The notes under the pieces: generated by a model
Told to the model about the DNA's origin: nothing
The model's input: only the letters and a program-made list of their open reading frames with translations
Database searches by the model: none
Part shown: piece by piece, positions 1 to 14,560 of the stretch
Numbering within the stretch: the first letter of the stretch is position 1
Layout of the letters: each line of letters opens with the position of its first letter
Position numbers and translations under genes: made by a program
Origin: Eledone cirrhosa
Lineage: Eukaryota
Assembly: GCA_964016885.1 (NCBI GenBank)
Contig: OZ024755.1
Location: 7,564,001 to 7,628,000, forward strand
Reading direction: 5' to 3'
DNA length: 64,000 nt

Positions 1-12
1 GTTATCAATACT

Positions 13-97
<85 letters not shown>

Positions 98-190
98 GCA
101 TACATAGGTGTAGCTTGTACAGTGTTATCAATACTGACACACACACACACACAGGCATACATAGGTGTAGCTTGTACAGTGTTATCAATA

Positions 191-240
<50 letters not shown>
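1..240. repeat. Three tandem units of GTTATCAATACT-(CA)n-GGCATACATAGGTGTAGCTTGTACAGT (compound minisatellite)
   Basis: gttatcaatact recurs at 1, 125 and 181, each followed by a (CA)n tract; the linker ggcatacataggtgtagcttgtacagt recurs twice. Confidence 0.9.
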
Positions 241-243
<3 letters not shown>

Positions 244-286
244 GTATATGTACATATTTCTCTCTCTATATATATATATCTCTCTC

Positions 287-319
<33 letters not shown>

Positions 320-437
320 ATATGTACTAGCTTACTAGCTATGACAATAGAGCGGCATCTTTAAAGAATATTGAAACTCTACTTCGGTATTCAGTACTCG
401 TTCTTTCATCTATCAATTACACAGATAATGCTGCAAG

Positions 438-510
<73 letters not shown>

Positions 511-988
511 GCTCATACATGGAAGCCACCACTGACACACGTGCACAAAATTACACATACTTTTATACATAGAAGCTCTGCAAATTGACTCACACACACG
601 TATACATTCACACAAACATGCACGCACACACACACATACAAACACACACACACACACATACACACATACGCCCCTGTATATCATATGTGTAGACGTCTGT
701 AATACCCGATGACTGACGCCTGCTTCAGTTTCTCTACATATGTTGTGAGGTTTATATCTGAGTGTCTTAGTTTCGCTCCAGTGATAACATCTCACACTAG
801 AATCATTGAATCTTTAACTTTAAAGTCTCACTTCTCTCCTCCACACAATTAGGGCTTGACTTTAGCATGGGTCCTTCACATCTGATAGAATCATAGGAGC
901 GGCGTCGTGACATACGGCATGTCTTGGACATTTAAACATGGCGAATCCCCCCCCCCCCTCCTCTCCATTTACTGTTATACGTTGATTA

Positions 989-1044
989 AATGAAATTTAT
1001 AGTAGAAGCGAGGTGAGGGGAGGATTGTCTGAGGAGGGGGGGTG

Positions 1045-1099
<55 letters not shown>

Positions 1100-1190
1100 A
1101 AATATATATATATATATATAAAATGAAATTTATAGTAGAAGTAAGGCGGCGGGGGGCAGATTGTCTGTGGAGGGGAGGGGTGGGTGATTA
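989..1190. repeat. Short direct duplication (aaatgaaatttatagtagaag...gattgtctg, G-rich) separated by (TA)n
   Basis: Two similar copies at about 989-1045 and 1121-1185. Confidence 0.75.
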
Positions 1191-1239
1191 TGTACTGAGA
1201 CAAGGTCAAGACTTAAACTTTAGTCAAAATATGTAACCA

Positions 1240-1576
1240 GTCTCTGTCTCTCTCTCTCTCTCCTTCTCTTTCAATCCAGTTGTCTGTCTATCTATCTCTC
1301 ACGCCCTCACTATCTTTCCCTCTCTCTCTCACCCTCTCTCTCTCTCTGTTTTTGTCTATCTGTCTATCTCTCACGCTCTCTTATCCACTTCTCTCTCACT
1401 ATCTCTCTCACTATCTCTCTCTCTCTCCCTCACTCACTCTCTCTGTTTTTGTCTACCTGTCTATCTATCTTTCACGCCCTCACTATCTCTTACCCACTTT
1501 CTCTCTCACCCCATCTCTCTCTCTCTCTCTCGCTCTCTCACCCCATCTCTCTCTCGCTCCCCCCCTCTCTCTCTCC
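1240..1576. repeat. (CT)n-rich polypyrimidine tract
   Basis: Degenerate CT/CTAT repeats. Confidence 0.9.
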
Positions 1577-1744
1577 TGTGCTCTTCGAGAAAATTAAGAG
1601 AGCGTAGAGAGAGTTGGTCTGTTGAATAGATATGTCTGGTGATTAGCGGAGCCGGTCGTTGAACAAAGAGGAAGGAATGAGTGGAGCCATCTGTCGACGT
1701 GATGACCAGCAAGAAGGGGAGACAATGGCTGTTGTGCGGTGTCG

Positions 1745-1812
<68 letters not shown>

Positions 1813-1897
1813 AGGAGCGTGTGTGATTGTTTAATAGGTTTGTATAGTTAAGTGCATTAAACATGCATTGAATAAGAACTCAATACTATTTGTGGAG

Positions 1898-2781
<884 letters not shown>

Positions 2782-3275
2782 TTTTTAACTTTATTTTTAA
2801 TTTTATTTTTTTTACTTCACACCCACCAGTAACCCCCCCCCCCCTACTCTTCGATTCACTTACCTAATAACTTCGCATTCCACATGTTACTCCCCCATTT
2901 TCTTTCACTACCTGATTACACTTGTCACTTGCGTTTTCCACCTCAGATATATTCTGTTGTTTCGCAGTAGTTTTTATATTAGTACTCATTTATTCTCTGT
3001 ATCTATATGTCTGAGTGTTTTTATGTGTGTATACGTTCTGTATATGTATACGAGCGCCTCTGTATGTGTGCGTGCATGCGTGTATATATATATGTGTGTG
3101 TATGTGTGTTTTTATATCTATGTTTTTACATCTATGTTTTTTACATTCTTATTTTTACGTGCGTGCGTAAGCGGGTGAATGTACGTGAATGTGTGTATGC
3201 GTATGTATGGGTGCGTATGTGTGTGTGTGTGTATATTATAGTCGCGTACGTACGTGTGATTAGATATACATGGGG

Positions 3276-3328
<53 letters not shown>

Positions 3329-3950
3329 TGCCTCGTGTGTATGTATGTACGCATACATGCGCTTTTGTCTGTACGTATTTGTGTGTATAAATATTTTTAA
3401 GGATATATGTTATTTATAGATATATGTGTATGTACGTGCGTCCCTATGTTTGTTTTCTTTTCTCTAGTGTTAATTGATTACTTTCTCTTTCATTTAAACA
3501 TTTTTTTCATTCTCATATATTGTTTCATTTTTATACATGTATCGAGAATGACACTTCTTTTCACTAAGTGACCGCGCGTCTGTGTGTGTTTATACGCGTG
3601 CTTTCATACTCGTATGTGTATTTAATACCTGTATCTAGATGCGTGTCAACTATATCATCATCTTCTCTTTCAACTCATATTATATCCGTATTTGTGGTCA
3701 CATGTACACAAATATACTTGCCCTCATATATGTACTTACGCACACATTTTCACCATACACATGCATTTGTACATACACACATATGTACATTTGTGAGTGT
3801 ATATACATACATATATACATACCTAACTATATTTCCTTATATTTTTTGTATATTTTTCTATATTTTTTAATATATCTCTTGCATTACTTTTATTTATATA
3901 TTTTTTGCATTTCTTGATGAGACTTTCCAAATATTTCACTATGTTTTATA

Positions 3951-4121
3951 TTACCTTGTCCGACGAATGAATGAGGACGTTTTTTTCGTATTCGTCTTAT
4001 TCGGGAAACCTCTGGTAATTATACTGTATTGTTTATTATACATCAAATTTTACTCTGGTACTTACATAGAGCACTCTTCACTCCTATGACTTTTTCAATT
4101 TTCAACGGAAACTTCAATACT
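3951..4121 (+). mobile_element. Penelope-like pLTR fragment with hammerhead motif (CCGACGA core)
   Basis: CCGACGA 3960-3966, hairpin gaatgaggacg/cgtcttattc, GAAA 4005-4008, stem III CC-TCT-GG, then TA; near-identical inverted copy at 8868-9047. Confidence 0.65.
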
Positions 4122-4123
4122 TA

Positions 4124-4157
<34 letters not shown>

Positions 4158-4169
4158 CATATTTATATG

Positions 4170-4224
<55 letters not shown>

Positions 4225-4328
4225 ATATGTATATGTATATATAAATATATATGTATATATAAATATATATGTATATATATATATATATATACACACATAT
4301 ATATATATACATATACATATATATATAC

Positions 4329-4401
<73 letters not shown>

Positions 4402-4430
4402 AATATATACATATACATATATATATACAC

Positions 4431-4469
<39 letters not shown>

Positions 4470-4478
4470 AATATATAC

Positions 4479-4515
<37 letters not shown>

Positions 4516-4570
4516 AATATATATATGTTTATGTACATATATATGTATTTGTGTGTGTATCTTTTAAACC

Positions 4571-4672
4571 ATGGAAGTGAGAAGAATAGAACCATTAGTT
4601 AAGCAGTCAGAAATATACGGGAGAGAAAAGAGAGGATGTCTTAAGGAACTGAGAATCGATTTAAAGGATGCG
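4571..4672 (+). CDS. Candidate coding exon 1 of an unknown gene: [34 protein letters not shown]
   Basis: accATGG Kozak context, in-frame TAA at 4565, 34 open codons, then consensus donor GCG|gtaagt in phase 0. Confidence 0.6.
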
Positions 4673-5161
4673 GTAAGTTTCGAAATCTTTGATGATAAGA
4701 TGATATGGTCGGATGAGAACAGAGCATAAATTATATATTTATTTATTTATTTGTTTATTTAATCAATTTAAACGTCCGTATAGAGCTGGTAATCTATGAC
4801 AAACGTGGAAATATATCTAATACCCCTTATAATAAAACAAAAAGATTTCTCCAGTGTGTGCTTGAATATTGTCTGTAGATGAATTGATTTATCTGTTTAT
4901 ATTCAGGTGCATAAATGGATATGTACACTCACACACGTGTGTACACTAGATGTTTTATAAATGAGCGTTATATATACATATATATACACATATATATATA
5001 CATACATATATGCATACATATATATATATACATATATATATACATACATATATGCATACATATATATATATACATATATATATACATACATATATGCATA
5101 CATATATATATATACATATATATATACATACATATATGCATACATATATATATATATATTT

Positions 5162-5490
5162 ATCATCATGATCATTTTACGTCTGCTTGCAAGGATGGGA
5201 CGGGTCTTATTCAGCACAGCATCTCTCCATTCGTCACGGTCCTTCGTCATCTCCTCCTTGAGCTTCAGCGATCTGAGGTCTGCTCTCACCACCTTTGCCC
5301 ATGTTTTTCATAGTCTACCTCTACTGCGTCTTCCTTCTACTGGGATTTATTGGCGCTTCTTTACCCAGCGGTCATCTTCCATGCGCATCACATGTCCATA
5401 CTAACGTAGTCTTCTCTCAGCACATACATCCTATCCCTCTTATACACAGTTTCTTTCTCAACTCGTCTATGCTTGGTCGTTCACGCACAC
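5162..5490 (-). mobile_element. RTE-clade LINE 3' end, 5'-truncated
   Basis: Encodes [31 protein letters not shown]; (CAT)n tail abuts a TA array; same family as 45215-45915. Confidence 0.85.
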
Positions 5491-6771
5491 TGATGTGTGT
5501 GTGTGTCTGGAATAACGTTAATTTCATGAATCGGCAATTCTGTTGACCGGATAATTGAAACACTCACCGTTGACACCGACGAAAGCCCATTTACTTTATT
5601 TTGGAACTAAGTGACAAACAATGTAATATATATTCTATCAGTTGTATTTGTGACAAAATCGACAAAGGTCAACTTACTTTATTTTGGAGCCACAAATGAC
5701 AAATAGTGTCATATTTTCTATCAGCTGTAATTGTGACAAATTTCTTACAACGACGACATTGTAGGTGAATAAAGAAACCAAATAATATTGCTGTAGGCAA
5801 AATGATTATCAATGACACACACACACACAGATAGACATAAAGACAGAAAGGCACATACACGCACACAATCAGATGCACACACACTCACATAAACACATAC
5901 ATACACACACTAACACACACATATGAAAAATAAATATTAATGGCGCACACACACACATACGCACACACATAGACACAAACCCAAATGATTGTCAACGACG
6001 TACACACACACACATATATATGCATATATATGCATATATACACACACAATAACACATGCACACAAAAAATAATTATCAATGAAACATACACATACACACA
6101 CAGACACAAAATAATTATCAACGACTCACACACACGCACACATATATACATACTCACACACATATACACACATACATTTATATAAATGACACTAATAGAC
6201 ACATTTATACACATATTCACGCATACATACATAGCCACATATATACACTCTCACACATATGCTCAAACACACACACACATACACACATACACACACACAC
6301 ATACACACAAAATAATTATGTATGACAACACATACTGACGCATACATACAGAGACACACACACTCACACACATGCTCAAGCACACACAAAATAATTATCA
6401 TTGTCACACACACATACACACACACACCACATACACACACACACACACTTTTACACACAAAATAATTATGTATGACAACCGAAGAATGACCAGTTAGTAA
6501 TAAATCAACTGGAAAAAGAACACAATATAATTTTAGGAGGAACTATTTCATAAAACCACATTTTAATGAGGAAGTAATTAGGAACAATAATATAGTTATC
6601 TGTGAATTAATTTTGTGCAATGTTTTAATCACAACTTTGTAACTATTCATTAACAGAAACAAATTAACTGCCACTCTTGTCGTGTCACTTGATATAGTAG
6701 AAATAACAGTCAAATCTCACTCAAATCACTCTCTACTATTAACATATATATTTAGTGTATGACGGTCAAAG

Positions 6772-6930
6772 CCGGCGTGCTAGAAGAGTTGTAAGAATGT
6801 CAGATAAAGTGCTTTGAGGTATTTGTTTCGTCTCTCTGCTCTCTGGAATCAACTCCTACCGATGTCAACTTTGCTTTTCAGCCTCTCTAGATCGATAAAA
6901 TAAACACCCCTCTAGTACAGTGGTCGATTC
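6772..6930 (+). mobile_element. SINE family A, degenerate
   Basis: Core caactttgcttttcagcct...gatcgataaaataaa shared with about 10 other copies in the window. Confidence 0.65.
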
Positions 6931-7080
6931 TTCCTATATATATATATATATTCGTTTTTCAATTTGTTTTGCAAGATTTTTTATGTGAAAACGTGCGTTG
7001 AAGATATTGTTATACTTTAGCAGCATGACCCTCCCAAAATATAACAATATACGGATGAAAAGCTTTGAAAGCGCAAAACA

Positions 7081-7176
7081 TATCTGAGGACTTTGCGAAT
7101 GCCGAGTCAGGTTCTATCTGTAATAGATCCTGCCTGGAGCTTATCGTCGGAGAAACATATGTCATAGGTTAATAAA
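7081..7176 (+). ncRNA. Minimal type I hammerhead ribozyme motif (Penelope-like)
   Basis: tat-CTGAGGA(7084-7090)-long stem II-GAAA(7152-7155)-palindrome CATATG-TC-ata, followed by AATAAA. Confidence 0.7.
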
Positions 7177-7291
7177 TTGTATTTTGATGCATCACTGATT
7201 CCTCGTTATATATAATAATATACTCTGCTCTGCGCGTGAGCATCGAGTGCTCAAACGGCATGCCGCCTACAGCCGCATTTATTGCAACCAT

Positions 7292-7338
<47 letters not shown>

Positions 7339-7372
7339 CTTTCTCTCCCGTTTTATCTTTCTCTGGAAGAAT

Positions 7373-7723
7373 CTAGAAGAGAGAGAGAGAGTGAAAAGGG
7401 AGCACATTGATTGTTGAGATGCTACAGTATGGATTCATGTCAGTTTCACTCCGGCATCTGTGGAGCAGAGACCCATATAATAATGGTAGAGGATGGTGAA
7501 AGAGGAGACCATATCTGTAGTCCAGATGCTGGAGTGTAGGTGACATGATTCCAGTAAGCTCCGAGGAGCAGAGACCATTGAAGTAACGGTAGAATATACA
7601 GAAAGAGGAGACATAACATCTGTGGGCCAGAACCTTGTTAAAAATCACCGGGCTATAATATGACATAAATTGCTGTCGGAATATTGATATCATTTTACCA
7701 CGGAGATACAGGTGCCGAGTCAA
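7373..7723 (-). mobile_element. Degenerate CR1/L2-group LINE ORF2 C-terminus
   Basis: LAHRCYVSSFCIFYRYFNGLCSSEL resembles the post-RT motif L.HRR.V.SL..FYRY..G.CS.EL. Confidence 0.6.
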
Positions 7724-8109
7724 TTAACCCTGCCCTTCACTACGATATTTGGCGATGTGCCTAGTCTAAAATAATCAAGATATTTTAATCACTTAACCTA
7801 ATGAAGGCCACTATTTCGAGGGGGAATGGACAGTTTTTGGCCGAGAGTTTACTTCCTGTCACTCTTCCGAGTCAGACAGACGCTCCTGTAAACTAACTCT
7901 CTCTATTTCTCCCCCTCTATCTTTCCTCTGTCTTCCCTTACATGCAGCCCTGTGTGTGTATGTATGTACGTATGTATGTGTGTGTTTCTCTTTATCAGTT
8001 CCTTCTCCTTATGCAAGTACCTGTGTATATGATTGTGTTTATCTCTCTATCACTCTCTCCTCTCCCTCTCTCCTCTACTCCCAGTGTACGCGCAGCTATG
8101 TGTTCATTA

Positions 8110-8152
<43 letters not shown>

Positions 8153-8649
8153 TCCGTCTGTCTGTATGTGTGTTTCTGTTATGTATGAGTGTGTGTAATT
8201 TTTCAATGACTGTATCCTAGACGTCTGGAAACTTGCATTTAGTTTTATCTGTTTATATTTTGTCAACATTTTCTGCTAAATGAAGCACTAAATAATAAAA
8301 TTTAAATACAAAATTCGTAAAACAGGCATAACAAAATATTTTAAATAAAAGAAAAAATGTTCATGTATCAAATATTAAATATCTAAATAAAAATAAACAT
8401 CTTATCCACATCCCTACTCGCGTTACCTCACAACACACACACACACTCGCCTCATCTCACGCTATCTCACAACACTTCCATCCTCACACATCATGCCACC
8501 TGACAGCACTCACACTCACCCCATCACATGTCATCTCACATCACCTGACAGCACTCATAGCCACCCCATCTCGGCCAAGGAAGGGTGAAAAACAAATGTA
8601 ACCGCGACAGGATTTGAACCAATAATGATGTTTAATCTAGGTACATAGC

Positions 8650-8835
8650 CAACAATTTGAAGGAAGGGGAGATTTGATTACATCGATACTATATTGACTG
8701 GAGCTCCATCTTATTGAACCCAGAAGGATGAAAGGCAAAGTCGACCTGCGTGGGATTTGAACTCAGATCTTAAAGGCAGTAACTAGATGCCATGATACAT
8801 TTTATTCAACGCTCTAACGATACAGCAAACCCTAC
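8650..8835 (-). mobile_element. SINE family A
   Basis: ggatgaaaggcaaagtcgacctgcgtgggatttgaactcag is the reverse complement of the family core, including a B-box-like GTTCAAATCC. Confidence 0.75.
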
Positions 8836-8867
8836 GTCTTTGGTGGGGGCATATATATATATATATA

Positions 8868-9047
8868 GGTATTGAAGTTTCCGTTGAAAATTGAAAAAGT
8901 CATAGGAGTGAAGAGTGCTCTATGTAAGTACCAGAGCAAAATTTAATGTATAATAAACAATACAATATAATTACCTCATTACCAGAGGTTTCCCGAATAA
9001 GACGAATACGAAAGAAACGTCCTCATTCGTTCGTCGGAGAGAAGGTG
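8868..9047 (-). mobile_element. Penelope-like pLTR fragment with hammerhead motif (CCGACGA core); inverted copy of 3951-4121
   Basis: Minus strand reads acct..CCGACGA-acgaatgaggacg..cgtcttattcgg-GAAA-cctctgg-TA-atgaggt. Confidence 0.7.
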
Positions 9048-9124
9048 AAAGAAAAGTTTTATTCATTTTTTGTAGCTAAATTGATATTTGACGATTTAAT
9101 GTTGTTTCTTCCTGTATTCTATAG

Positions 9125-9241
9125 GTACGTGCCGTATTCAAAAATGAAAGGAAGAAGAAAAATCTCGCCATGCATGGCTATGATTATTCTGACGAACAAT
9201 CTCTGGACTCTCTTGAATCATACAGCGCCATTTTAGAAAAG
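9125..9241 (+). CDS. Candidate coding exon 2: VRAVFKNERKKKNLAMHGYDYSDEQSLDSLESYSAILEK
   Basis: Acceptor tttcttcctgtattctatag|, 117 nt open in phase 0, donor AAG|gtaatt; phase-compatible with exons 1 and 3. Confidence 0.65.
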
Positions 9242-9504
9242 GTAATTATCAACTTATTAATATATTTTCTATAAATATATTTTTTATCAAGTTACTTAGA
9301 TTAAATTCTAGACATTGAGACTTCTCTAGTCAGCTACATGTGTGTGGACGATGGCTAAATACTAGGGAAAGAGTGGAAGATAAATAAATATCAAACATTG
9401 GCTAACTGTTTGTTTTTTTCAGCTTGTCTTCATTTACCCATCAGGTGTCTTCGAATGGGATTCGAACTCAGAGAGTAGAGAGACCAAACCACTACAGAAA
9501 TATA

Positions 9505-9714
9505 CAAGGATAACCACAAAACACTTCTTGATTTCAAATACTTATAATAGGAAAACTTTAATGAATATTCTTACAATATTGGTGGCTATAGATTCATAAA
9601 TTAACAAAGTTTCATGTAGTATTGGTTAATCTAGACACTCGATGTGTGCCCCTTTTGTTGCTCAGCAAACATCAATGTGATAATCAATCATGGAGTGTTT
9701 TTGTGGTCACCCTG
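9505..9714. mobile_element. Tc1/mariner-type MITE
   Basis: About 28-bp imperfect TIRs (CAGGGTGACCACAAAAACACTCC), TA on both sides; second copy in opposite orientation at 39345-39528. Confidence 0.8.
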
Positions 9715-9866
9715 TATTTTCTGCAAGTTCAGCATCTCAGGAAGGAAAATCTTATAAGGCAAAAAGCAAATAAAGTGAGAGATCAATAAAATATTTCAAT
9801 TCGAACATAACTAATCAACACAATCGTGTTTCACAATATAGCATAGCATAGCATAAGAGCTTCGTG

Positions 9867-9944
<78 letters not shown>

Positions 9945-9975
9945 ATTTATATGTATATATATATATATACATATG

Positions 9976-10010
<35 letters not shown>

Positions 10011-10104
10011 ATTTATATGTATATATATATATACATATGTATATATATGTGTGTGTGTGTGTATTTATATGTATATATATATACATATGTGTATATATAT
10101 ATAA

Positions 10105-10139
<35 letters not shown>

Positions 10140-10226
10140 AATATATATAAATATATATAAATATATATATAAATATATATATAATATATATAAATATATA
10201 TATAAATATATATATAATATATATAA

Positions 10227-10277
<51 letters not shown>

Positions 10278-10869
10278 TAAATATATATAAATATATATAT
10301 ATAAATATATATATATAATTCTTCTAATCTACCCACCCCACCAATAAAAAAAAACAGAACATTTAACTCAACAACAACAAATAGGAGAAAAATGAAACAA
10401 ACATATAAATATTTTTTTTTTCAATTAGAGAAAATAGGAATAATGAAAGAACGGGTGAAATTCTTGTGGAAACAACCGTTTCAAAAATTGTCTTCTTTGA
10501 ATATAAATACAAAAGATTAATATGTGAAGTGCTCATATGAAATATGTAATAGACGTGATTTAAATGTAAAATCACGAACAAGAATCCCAGCATGGCAATC
10601 ACCAACAATATTTGCAGAAATATTTTCTATCATTTTTTTTCTAGTATTTTTTTCATAATTCTTTACCCGTAATAACTAATATCTTATTGATTTCTCTGCA
10701 ATAACTTGCCAACACGATATCAATAAGCAAAGACGTGAACCTCATTTAATTTTATTTCATTTTATTTGATATTGTTCGATATGGTTCGATTTTATTTATT
10801 TATTTATTTTCAAATATCTTTCGGACTTCCCATTCTCATACGACGTAACAACATCCGAACACATTATGA

Positions 10870-11170
10870 TATGAATAATGATGAGGAAGATGATGATGAT
10901 GATGTTGATGATTATGATGACGATGACAATCATGAACACGACTGTTATTATTAAGATTATTATTATTATTATTATTATTATCACTCTTATTTTTTTTTTT
11001 ATATCATCACTATTATTAATTTTATTATTACTATGGCGAGTATGATGATCTCGATGATGATGATGATGTTGATGGTGTAAGTGATGTTGAACACGATTAT
11101 GATGATGATGATGATGTAGAACACAATTATAATGATGATGATGATGATGATAATGGTGTGTATGATGATA
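10870..11170. repeat. (GAT)n and (TAT)n trinucleotide tracts
   Basis: Directly visible. Confidence 0.9.
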
Positions 11171-11340
11171 AATTCCGCAAATGATTCAAACGTAACAATA
11201 TTACTTCATTTATTTAGAAAGAAAACATTTATAGTATAAAAAAAAAATCACAAATCAAAAGAAAAAATATAATGAAACAAAATAAAACCCAGAAACAAAT
11301 AATAAAATATGAAAGAGAAACAAAAGTGACAAAAATATTT

Positions 11341-11480
11341 TAGATATGGCGGCGACAGATATGGCGGCGATAGATATGGCGGCGACAGATATGGGGGTGA
11401 TAGATATGGCGGCGACAGACATGGGGGTGATAGATATGGCGGCGACAAATATGGCGGCGATAGTTATGGCGGCGACAGGA
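11341..11480. repeat. 15-bp minisatellite (YAGATATGGCGGCGA), about 9 units
   Basis: Directly visible; GGGGT variants in some units. Confidence 0.9.
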
Positions 11481-11564
11481 TACCATATAAAGAAGAACAA
11501 GAAGAACTTGAAAACAACAAGAACAAAGATAGGATAAAGAAAGAAAATGAAGAATATTAACTAC

Positions 11565-12990
11565 ACACAGACAGATGTGTGATAGACACATTCACACACA
11601 TAGACAGACATACATACACACTCACACAAGAGACAGATATGATTGACAGACTCACATACACACTCACATACACACTCACACAAACAGTCACACAAACAGT
11701 CACAAACAGTCACACATACACACAGACGCAGACACAGACAGACACACATACACACTCACACAGACAGTCACATATACACACAGACACAGACAGACACACA
11801 TACACACTCACACAAACAGTCACACATACACACTCACACAGACAGTCACACATACACACAGACACAGACAGACACACATACACACTCACACAAACAGTCA
11901 CACATACACACAACACATACACAACACAGACAGTCACACATACACACAGACACAGACAGACACACATACACAGTCACACATACACACTCACACAGACAGA
12001 CAGACAGACATACATACTCACACATTCATACATACACACACAAACAGATACATAATGATAGACGCGCAAACATTCATACAGACACATACACACATAGATA
12101 CACAATCACACACAGACAGATTTATAAGGATAGACACACAAACACATACAGACAGACACACACACACATATATATATACAGAGACACACAAACACATACA
12201 GACAGATATAACGACAGACAGACAGACACATATATATACAGAGACACACAAACACATACAGACAGATATAACGACAGACAGACAGACACACACACACTCA
12301 TATATATATATATACAGAGACACAAACACATACAGACAGATATAACGACAGACACACACACACATATATATATACAGAGACACACAAACATATACAGACA
12401 GACACACACACACATATATATATACAGAGACACACAAACACATACAGAAAGATATAACGACAGACACACACACACATATATATACAGAGACATACAAACA
12501 CATACAGAAAGATATAACGACAGACACACACACACACACATATATATACAGAGACACACAAACACATACAGACAGACAGACACACACACACATATATATA
12601 CAGAGACACACAAACACATACAGAAAGATATAACGACAGACAGACACACACACACATATATAATATACAGAGACACACAAACACATACAGAAAGACACAC
12701 ACACACACATATATATATATACAGAGACACACAAACACATACAGAAAGACACACACACACACATATATATATATACATAGACACACAAACACATACAGAA
12801 AGATATAACGACAGACAGACACACACACACATATATATATACAGGCACACAAACACATACATACAGATATAACGACAGACAGACAGACAGACACACACAT
12901 ATATATATATATACAGACACACAAACACATACAGAAAGATATAACGACAGACACACACACACACACATATATATACAGAGACACATGAAC
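11565..12990. repeat. CA/CAGA-based compound minisatellite; about 60-bp unit cagagacacacaaacacatacagaaagatataacgacagac from about 12130
   Basis: Unit anchor recurs more than 10 times. Confidence 0.9.
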
Positions 12991-13253
12991 AGAGACAGTC
13001 AGTGTTTTGTACATTTATTTGGACAAGTTGGTCGTGTCAATAAGAAGTTGATGGCTCTTTCCGTGTGAAAGCAAAATGGCAGAGAAATTATATTGTTTTG
13101 GAAACAACACTAAAACAACGAATAGCGTAAGAGAAATCACCTCCACTTTGTATGTGTGTGTGTGTATGTGGGGCGTGTGGGTGTGTCTGTGAGCGTGTGT
13201 GTGTGTATGTGTGCATGTGAACACACACAGACATATATATGTATATATATATA

Positions 13254-13313
<60 letters not shown>

Positions 13314-14300
13314 TATATCACGACTTGCTCTACCACTTTCGTTCTCTTTCTCTCTACATCATTTATCTCTTTCTCTCTACACTCTCATTCTCTTTCTCTC
13401 TACACTCTCATTCTCTTTCTCTCTACTCTCTCGTTCTCTTTCTCTTTCTCTCTACTCTCCGGTTCTCTTTCTCTCTACTCTCCGGTTCTCTTTCTCTCAA
13501 TCCACCGCTCTCTCTCTATCGATGATATGTTTATTATCATTAAATGTTTACACGTCCCAACCACAAAACTCCACCAATACTAAGTACCACTCTATATTAC
13601 AACATCTTACTACACCTTTCCACGGGACATATATGAAGTCGCTTCAGATAATGGAAAGTACAGTGAAGTCCCTCTTAAAATACTCATTATTATATTGAAT
13701 AAAGATGAATAAATTGGAGTCAGTGTTGTCACTGACAAAGAAAACAAACTGGATAGCCATGACTGGGACATCTTTGATCATATGTCTGTTAAATTTAACA
13801 AACAACATCCATACAACCCTATAATATGCGCCACAATATACAATGAAACACCATACCTCATCACATCACACTACACCACACCTCATCAAACTAAACCACA
13901 CCGCACCACACCTCATCAAACTAAACCACACCGCACCACACCAAACTACACAAGAGTCATTTACGTAGTTACTTTATCTGGTAGAATCTGGTAGAAAACA
14001 ATCCAGTTAAATCTCCAGTAAAACACTTTTATCTAAAATATAGATGGATGCGGTGGACAATGTAGTCATTGATATAGAAAGAAACCTTGATGGGCACGAC
14101 TGGAACGCCTAAGAAAATAGCCCTGTTTCATAAAGGGTCTTCAAAGAGGGGGAGTAAACAATGACAATGACAACAACCTCAATATTAATCATAATTTCTG
14201 CAATGAAGATGATCTAATTAATTTTACATTTAATTCTATTGAAATAGTAGAATTCTAGGAATTTGGTATTAGTGTGCCTCATTGAATGGTATATTCCATT

Positions 14301-14336
14301 TTCTTCTGACGAGGGATCCTTCCTGAAACGTTAGGT
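14301..14336 (+). ncRNA. Minimal type I hammerhead ribozyme motif
   Basis: ctt-CTGACGA(14306-14312)-ggga tcct tcct-GAAA(14325-14328)-CG-TT-agg; AACGTT palindrome replaces stem III. Confidence 0.75.
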
Positions 14337-14399
14337 TTGTTTTCTTCTTCACAGCAAACTAATTCATTCCACTTTGTTGGCATTAAATTAGATAAAATC

Positions 14400-14560
14400 G
14401 CGGTGAGGGGTGGATTGCTAGATTAGTTAAAGCGAAGGAAAAATTGTTTTCTGGTGTTTAGATATTGCTTTTTACATTCCAATTTCATATCCCGGCGAAG
14501 TTAACTTTGCTTTTTGTCCTACCGAGGTCGATAAACTGAAGTACCATTTAAGTATGGGGT
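14400..14560 (+). mobile_element. SINE family A, degenerate
   Basis: gttaactttgctttttgtcctaccgaggtcgataaactgaagtacca. Confidence 0.65.

Noticed and set aside
700-740. Hammerhead-like pieces (also about 340, 14814, 16871 and 53045)
   Set aside because: One core box or the stems are missing, so chance cannot be excluded
11248-11537. Extensin-like SPPYL or MAATD repeat peptides
   Set aside because: Products of a 15-bp DNA repeat open in several frames, with no splice or start context
12130-12990. Repeat-spacer appearance suggestive of a CRISPR array (also 53208-53830)
   Set aside because: The spacers are microsatellite rather than unique sequence; the context is eukaryotic and no cas genes are present
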